Positions 59,020-64,000 of a DNA stretch of 64,000 nucleotides are shown here, piece after piece. Source of the DNA: Planctomycetota bacterium (lineage in GTDB: Bacteria; Planctomycetota; PLA2; JAEUHO01); NCBI GenBank assembly GCA_050248855.1, contig JBFWRP010000001.1, forward strand, positions 96,001 through 160,000, read 5' to 3'. The notes under the pieces are model-generated. The model made no database searches. It saw only the letters and a program-made list of their open reading frames with translations, and was not told the origin of the DNA. Position numbers and translations under genes: made by a program. Positions within the stretch are counted from its first letter, which is position 1. Every line of letters starts with the position of its first letter.

Positions 59020-59735
59020 GCGCAAGGGCCCCCGATCTGGCGGGGGCCTTGGTCGGCTGCGAGGCCCTGGACGTCGTCCCGGGCCTCGTGCACGGGGCGC
59101 TGGGGCGGCCGGGCGTGGACGCCGTGGCTCGCGCCGACCTGCCGGGCCGGCTCGGGTTCCCGGCCCTGGTCACGCCACGGCAGGTGCATGGGGACGTCGT
59201 GCACCACGTGCGGGACGCGCGCTGCGTGGGCACGCCGTGCGATGCGCTCGTCCTGGAGCAGCCGGGTCTGCTGGCGGGCGTGCTCGGCGCGGACTGCCCC
59301 GGCGTCCTGCTGGTCGATCCCCGGCGACGTGCGCTGGCCCTCGTCCACAGCGGCTGGCGCGGCACGGCGGCGCGCATCGTCGTGCGCGCTCTGGACGCGC
59401 TCGTCGCCCGGGGCTCCGACCGCGGCGAGGTCCTGGCGTGGATCGGCCCCGGCATTTCCGGTCGCGCCTACGAAGTCGACGGACCCGTCCTCCAGGCGCT
59501 GGCGGGAACCGTCTCGCCAGCAGCGTACGAGCGGGCCGTCACGCCCACCCGACCTGGACACGCGGGTGTGGACCTCCGCCTCGTGCTCGAGGCCCAGCTC
59601 CTCGAGGCCGGCGTTCGCGCCGACCGCCTCACGCGCTCCACCGTCTGCACCTTCGCCGACGCCCGCTGGCACAGCTGGCGCCGCGACGGGGCGCACGCGG
59701 GGCGTCACCTCGTGGTGGCCGGGTGGCGGGCGTAG
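59016..59735 (+). CDS. pgeF: YfiH/PgeF (laccase-domain) family protein
   Basis: QVHG, DAL, ADC, HSGWRGT, IGPGI, CT..SWRR. Confidence 0.88.
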   Translation: MSARAPDLAGALVGCEALDVVPGLVHGALGRPGVDAVARADLPGRLGFPALVTPRQVHGDVVHHVRDARCVGTPCDALVLEQPGLLAGVLGADCPGVLLVDPRRRALALVHSGWRGTAARIVVRALDALVARGSDRGEVLAWIGPGISGRAYEVDGPVLQALAGTVSPAAYERAVTPTRPGHAGVDLRLVLEAQLLEAGVRADRLTRSTVCTFADARWHSWRRDGAHAGRHLVVAGWRA

Positions 59736-59806
59736 ACGGCGGCGAGCCATACGTCGATGCGACGGGACCGTACCGAGCCGGGTGTGGGAAGGCGGGCTCG
59801 GGCGGT

Positions 59807-60187
59807 TCAGATCTCTACGTGGCTGAGATCGTCGTCGAAAGCATGGTCGAAGGCTTCGGCGAAGTCGTAGAGACCCACGAAGTCTTCGCGGCGGTCGTCG
59901 GCCGTGCGCTGCAGCAAGTCCACGTCGATCAGCTGGAACACGATCTCGCCGAAGTCGGCCGTGGCATGCACGCCCCAGGCAGCGAGCACCGAGCGTGCGA
60001 GGTAGCCGAAACGCTCGAGCGCCAACCGCCGAACGCCTTCCATGATCTCCTGCCCCGTGACGTGACGGCGCGTACCGCCGCGGATCTCGAGCGTGTAGTC
60101 GAGCGCCTCGAAGACGAAGTGGTACGCCTCGGGCCGGAACCGCGGGTACGCGCGCACGAGCTTCAGGATGAGCGCATCCTTGTCCAT
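59807..60187 (-). CDS. Minf_1886 family (PVC-group conserved) protein
   Basis: EAYHFVFEAL, RHVTGQE, FGYLARSVLAAWGV, DFGEIVF, DRREDF..YDF. Confidence 0.85.
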   Translation of the reverse strand: MDKDALILKLVRAYPRFRPEAYHFVFEALDYTLEIRGGTRRHVTGQEIMEGVRRLALERFGYLARSVLAAWGVHATADFGEIVFQLIDVDLLQRTADDRREDFVGLYDFAEAFDHAFDDDLSHVEI

Positions 60188-60387
60188 GGAAGACCCCGCC
60201 TCCCCGGGGAGGGACCAACCTAGCCCGGCGGCTTGGTGCGGCCCGAAGCCAAAATCGTCAAGCGGAGGCTTGAACCGTAGCAGAGGTCCGAGCCGACTGA
60301 CGGATGCCTGACAGCGCGCGCCGGAAGGCGCTGACGGATGCCTACGTCAGGCGCCCCGGCCCCCCCGCCGGGGATCACGCCCTGCGG

Positions 60388-61392
60388 TCACACCTCCGAC
60401 GACCCACGCACGGCCAGCCGCAGGCGTCGCGCGAGCTCGGCAAACACGACGGCAGGCGCCACATGCACGGCCGCCGCCCCCGAGAGCTCATCGACCTGGT
60501 CGGCGAACGCAAGCACCGCGTCGACGCTCACGGCGCCCTCGCTGCCGGCGGGCGCAGCATCGCGCAACGTGTTTGCGGCCATGTCGCGTGCGAGCACCGT
60601 GGCGAGCCTCACGATCTCTTGCACCACGACGAAGACGGGAAGGTCCTCGCTCGCCTTGGCACACGCTTTCGCCGCGGCCTCGACCATGGCCACGGCGTCC
60701 GTGACGTGGGGCTGCACGTCGAGCACGAGATCGACGAAGCGGTCGAACGCATCCAACAGACCGCCGTCGAGAAGGCGTCGTGCACGGGTGAGCGAACCCC
60801 CGGCGCGGCGTGCCGCCTCCCGCGCCTTCGCGGCATCGGCGCCGTCCGCCACGAGCGCGGCCGTCAGCTCCTCGACGTGCACCGGCGGAACCACGAGGAC
60901 CTGGCAACGGCTGGTGACGGCCGTCGGCAAGCGCTGCGGGCGCGACGTGACCAACAAGAAGGTCGTCCGGTCGGGAGGCTCCTCGAGCGTCTTCAGGTAA
61001 CGCGCAATGCCTTCGGGCTCGAGGGCATCTGCCGGGGTCACGATGAACACTTGGCGGGCGCCCTCACGCGGCGTGGCGTGCGCGCGCTCCAAGTGCTCGG
61101 CCAGCGCGGCGACGGAGATGACCGTGGGCTTGTCGCGACGAACGCGATGGACGTCCGGGTGGGAGCCGCCGAGGATGCGCCCTCGCACGGCGGCGCGTCG
61201 TAGAGCGTCCGGCTCGACCAGCCACGTGGCCACCTCCAGGGCCAGGTCTTCGCCGGCCTCTTCATCGGGGCCGGCCACGATCCACGCCGGCGGCACGCGC
61301 CTGGCCTCGATCGCGGCCGCCAAGCGGACGCTGCGGTCACCGAGGGCGGCGAAGGCCGCTGCCGTACCGGACGGGTCCAGCGTCGCGGTCAC
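60388..61392 (-). CDS. holB: DNA polymerase III delta-prime-like subunit, divergent
   Basis: HPDV, LKTLEEPP, LPTAVTSRCQ; directly downstream of tmk with GTGA overlap. Confidence 0.8.
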   Translation of the reverse strand: MTATLDPSGTAAAFAALGDRSVRLAAAIEARRVPPAWIVAGPDEEAGEDLALEVATWLVEPDALRRAAVRGRILGGSHPDVHRVRRDKPTVISVAALAEHLERAHATPREGARQVFIVTPADALEPEGIARYLKTLEEPPDRTTFLLVTSRPQRLPTAVTSRCQVLVVPPVHVEELTAALVADGADAAKAREAARRAGGSLTRARRLLDGGLLDAFDRFVDLVLDVQPHVTDAVAMVEAAAKACAKASEDLPVFVVVQEIVRLATVLARDMAANTLRDAAPAGSEGAVSVDAVLAFADQVDELSGAAAVHVAPAVVFAELARRLRLAVRGSSEV

Positions 61393-62024
61393 GCGCCAGG
61401 CTCCGCGCCGTACAGGGCGCCCACGTGACCCCAGATGGCGGCCTCCACGTCGTCCGCCGGCGCCGACGCGTCCACCACGTGGCGCCGCGCCGGGTCTTCC
61501 GCGAACACCTGGCGGAAGCCGTCGGCAACACGCTCGCGGTAGCTGGCCGCGCGAGCTTCGATGCGGTCCTTGGGTCGGTCCATGCGGCGCGCCGCGACCT
61601 CCGTAGCGAGGTCCAGCAGCAGCGCGGCGTCGGGCTCGATGCCGCCCGTGGCCAGGCTGCTGGTGAGGGCAACGGCCTCGCGGTCCACGCCCGCGCCGAA
61701 CGCCTGGTAGGCGGTGGTTGCGTAGTGCCAGCGTTCGCAGACGACATCGCAACCGGCGTCGAGCGCGGGGCCGATCGTGCCGCGCGCCAGCTGGGCACGT
61801 GCTGCCTGGTAGAGCAGCATCTCGCACATCGGGACGACATCCCCCAGGGCCGGGTCCAGCAGGACGTCGCGGATGCGCTCGCCGACCACCGTGCTGCCCG
61901 GATCCCGCACGTGCAGCACGTCGCGCCCGGCGGCCACGAGGCGGCGGACGAGGCGCAGCGCCTGCGTGGTCTTCCCGCCCCCGTCCGGCCCGTCCAGGAC
62001 CACGAATCGACCGCGCTTGCTCAT
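61389..62024 (-). CDS. tmk: Thymidylate kinase
   Basis: DGPDGGGKTTQ, RDPGST, LYQAARAQ, YQ, PD, DRIE. Confidence 0.95.
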   Translation of the reverse strand: MSKRGRFVVLDGPDGGGKTTQALRLVRRLVAAGRDVLHVRDPGSTVVGERIRDVLLDPALGDVVPMCEMLLYQAARAQLARGTIGPALDAGCDVVCERWHYATTAYQAFGAGVDREAVALTSSLATGGIEPDAALLLDLATEVAARRMDRPKDRIEARAASYRERVADGFRQVFAEDPARRHVVDASAPADDVEAAIWGHVGALYGAEPGA

Positions 62025-62084
62025 CGGCACGAGGCTACCGACCCTCTCCCCCGCACGCGCGGGCGGCACCCCCTTCGAGGGGCG

Positions 62085-63419
62085 TCAAACGCGCGCGAGC
62101 AAGCCATCGAGCATCTGCTCGACGCCTGCATCGCGTTCGCGCAGCGTGCGGACCTCGTGGACGGCTCGGCTCACGCTGCTATGGCTGCGCAGGCCGAACG
62201 CCTCGCCCAGGCGGCCGAGCGGCAGCGCACAGGCGCGGTAGACGAGGTACATGGCCACGCGGCGCGGGAAGGCGGCCTGGCGCAGCTTGGTCGGGCGCTC
62301 CAGCCAGCGGTCGTCCACCCCGAAGTGCTCGGCGACGACTTGCTTCACGCGGCGCACGACCTCCTCGCTGGGCGTGAGCGAGACCCCCGGGGCCACCTCC
62401 TCCAGCCACGAGGCATCGAGCGGCTCGCCGACCAGGCGCGAGCCCAGCGCCCAGCGGTCCGCCAGCGCGATCGCGCCCGGTGCGGAGCTGCTGCGGCGAC
62501 GCATGGCCTGGCGGACCTCGTCGGGCAGGACCTGGGCCTGGGCGGCCGCACGGCGAACCAGGATCTCGTCGAGCACGGCGTCCGACGGCGCGCGCAGGCG
62601 GGCCTCCAAGCCGGCTGCCAAGCGACACCTCAGCCGCTCGGAGAGGCCGCCCAGCTCCGCCGGCGCCACGCGGCTGGCCAACACCCAGCAGGGGCCCGTC
62701 TCGCCCCGGCTGCGGTCGAGCAGGCGCACGAGCTCCTCCTGCGTCGCGGCGCGGTCGGCGAGCTCGTCCAGGCCGTCGAGCAGGACGAGCTCGCGCTCGG
62801 CCAGGGACAGCTCGAAGGCACGAACGGCATCCATGTCGCGGGCGCGAAGAGCCGCGACGTAGCGCTGCGTGAGGCCGTGCGCGTCCAACAGCGTCACGGC
62901 GCCGGGCGAGCGCCGCCCGCGGACGGCGGCCGCTGCCTGCAGCAGGTGGGTCTTGCCGCTTCCCGGGGGGCCCACGATCACGAGCGGTCCGCGCGTCGCG
63001 TTCGCACCGGACGTCGCGAGCCGCTCCACGAGGAGGACGGCGAAGCGGTTCACGCTGTCGGCGACGAAGCCGTCGAAGGTCGGAGCCGGGCGATGGTCGG
63101 CCAGCAGCGCCTCCCACTCGCCCGGCTTTTGGGGCAAGCGATCGCGCAGCGCGCCGCGGCGGGCGGCTTCCTCGCTGACGCGCACGTCGACGTGCACGCC
63201 CTCGCCCAGGACGCGTTCGCAGGCCTGGCGCAGCACGTCCCCGAAGGTGACCTGCATCCACGCCAAGTGGACGTCGCTGGGGACGTCGAGGACGACCTGC
63301 TCGCCGTCGACGTCGGCGACGGCAAGGTCGCGGAACCACAGCCGGAAGCGGTGGCGGCCCACCGCCTCCACGAGCTCCGCCTTCAGGCCGTCCTGGATCT
63401 CGCGGATCGTCGTGTTCAC
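62085..63419 (-). CDS. DnaA-like protein (divergent paralog)
   Basis: Domain I-like RFRLWFRDL; TFDGFV..N, GPPGSGKTHLL, TQEEL, RLRCRL; domain IV-like PRRVAMYL..LGEAFGLRSHSSV. Confidence 0.88.
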   Translation of the reverse strand: MNTTIREIQDGLKAELVEAVGRHRFRLWFRDLAVADVDGEQVVLDVPSDVHLAWMQVTFGDVLRQACERVLGEGVHVDVRVSEEAARRGALRDRLPQKPGEWEALLADHRPAPTFDGFVADSVNRFAVLLVERLATSGANATRGPLVIVGPPGSGKTHLLQAAAAVRGRRSPGAVTLLDAHGLTQRYVAALRARDMDAVRAFELSLAERELVLLDGLDELADRAATQEELVRLLDRSRGETGPCWVLASRVAPAELGGLSERLRCRLAAGLEARLRAPSDAVLDEILVRRAAAQAQVLPDEVRQAMRRRSSSAPGAIALADRWALGSRLVGEPLDASWLEEVAPGVSLTPSEEVVRRVKQVVAEHFGVDDRWLERPTKLRQAAFPRRVAMYLVYRACALPLGRLGEAFGLRSHSSVSRAVHEVRTLRERDAGVEQMLDGLLARV

Positions 63420-64000
63420 CGCCCCCTGCCTGCTTCGAGCGCACGTTCCTTGAGGGTACGCGAACCGATGTGGTCGGGGGAGAGGCGGATGCCGGCCAGC
63501 GCGGCCTCGAGGGCCTCCTCGGGCTGCCCGGCCTCCAGCGCCGCATACCCCAGCGCCATCAGGTCGTCGAGCATGCCCTTGGGGACGCGCTCCTCTTCGC
63601 GCAGCAGCCAGCCGAGCTCGACCTGGACGCGTCGCTCGCGCAGCGCCTCCTCATGCCGCCCGAGCTGCTGCAGTGCGTCCGCGAGCCAACGGTGGAACTC
63701 CATGTCGGGCGGCGCACGGCCCGTCCGCCCCTCGGCTCCGGTGCCGAAGGGACAGATGTCCACCATTTCTTCACCGAGGCGGACGACGTCTTCCCACCGG
63801 CCCTCCTCGCGTGCCCGGCCCATCAGCTCCTTGCGGGCCGTGAAGTCGTGCGGCTGCACGCGCGTGTAGGCCTCGAGCTCGGCCAGGGCCGCCTCCATGT
63901 CCCCCGCGCCCCGGTAGGCCTTCGCCAGGGCGAGGTAGGCGTTGCCCCTGCTGGCGTAGGGGGGGAAGCACGCCTTGGCGGCTTTCCAGTGCCCGATGGC
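63416..64000 (-). CDS. TPR-containing protein (5' part outside the window)
   Basis: Open frame to the window edge with TPR-like helices (NAYLALAKAY, LMALGYAALEAGQPEEAL..LSPDH); stop overlaps the dnaA-like start. Confidence 0.78.
   Translation of the reverse strand, partial: AIGHWKAAKACFPPYASRGNAYLALAKAYRGAGDMEAALAELEAYTRVQPHDFTARKELMGRAREEGRWEDVVRLGEEMVDICPFGTGAEGRTGRAPPDMEFHRWLADALQQLGRHEEALRERRVQVELGWLLREEERVPKGMLDDLMALGYAALEAGQPEEALEAALAGIRLSPDHIGSRTLKERALEAGRGR

Noticed and set aside
62025..62084. oriC beside the dnaA-like gene
   Set aside because: Short GC-rich gap with no DnaA boxes or AT-rich element; the upstream side has no intergenic space.

Overview
Very GC-rich bacterial chromosome segment, probably from an uncultured Planctomycetota (inferred from a Minf_1886-type gene, a DUF1800/DUF1501 pair, HEAT/vWA/TPR secreted proteins, an ECF sigma locus and a dnaA-like paralog). 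About 50 densely packed CDSs mix housekeeping genes (acnA, clpS, gcvT, gcvH, lgt, tsaE, thiL, thiE-like, dapB, asd, accB, accC, moaC, comM-like, tmk, holB-like) with large exported proteins of unknown function. I saw no rRNA, tRNA, transposase, integrase or CRISPR-Cas. The least explained locus is 11250-12200: a ~500 nt non-coding stretch that folds by eye into nested long helices (G-U pairs favour the + strand) and converges on two tandem, tiny, Cys-rich lipoprotein genes. It lies between a 2935-aa VIT-vWA-TPR protein plus clpS and a HEAT-vWA protein. Other oddities: a divergent DnaA paralog, an SDR lacking YxxxK, an S41 protease with DxNxNG loops inserted in its catalytic domain, an HExxH peptidase/ATP-grasp pair, and a composite inverted/direct repeat near 39.5 kb. 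All calls come from reading motifs by eye; no database search or folding program was run, and many start codons are best guesses.
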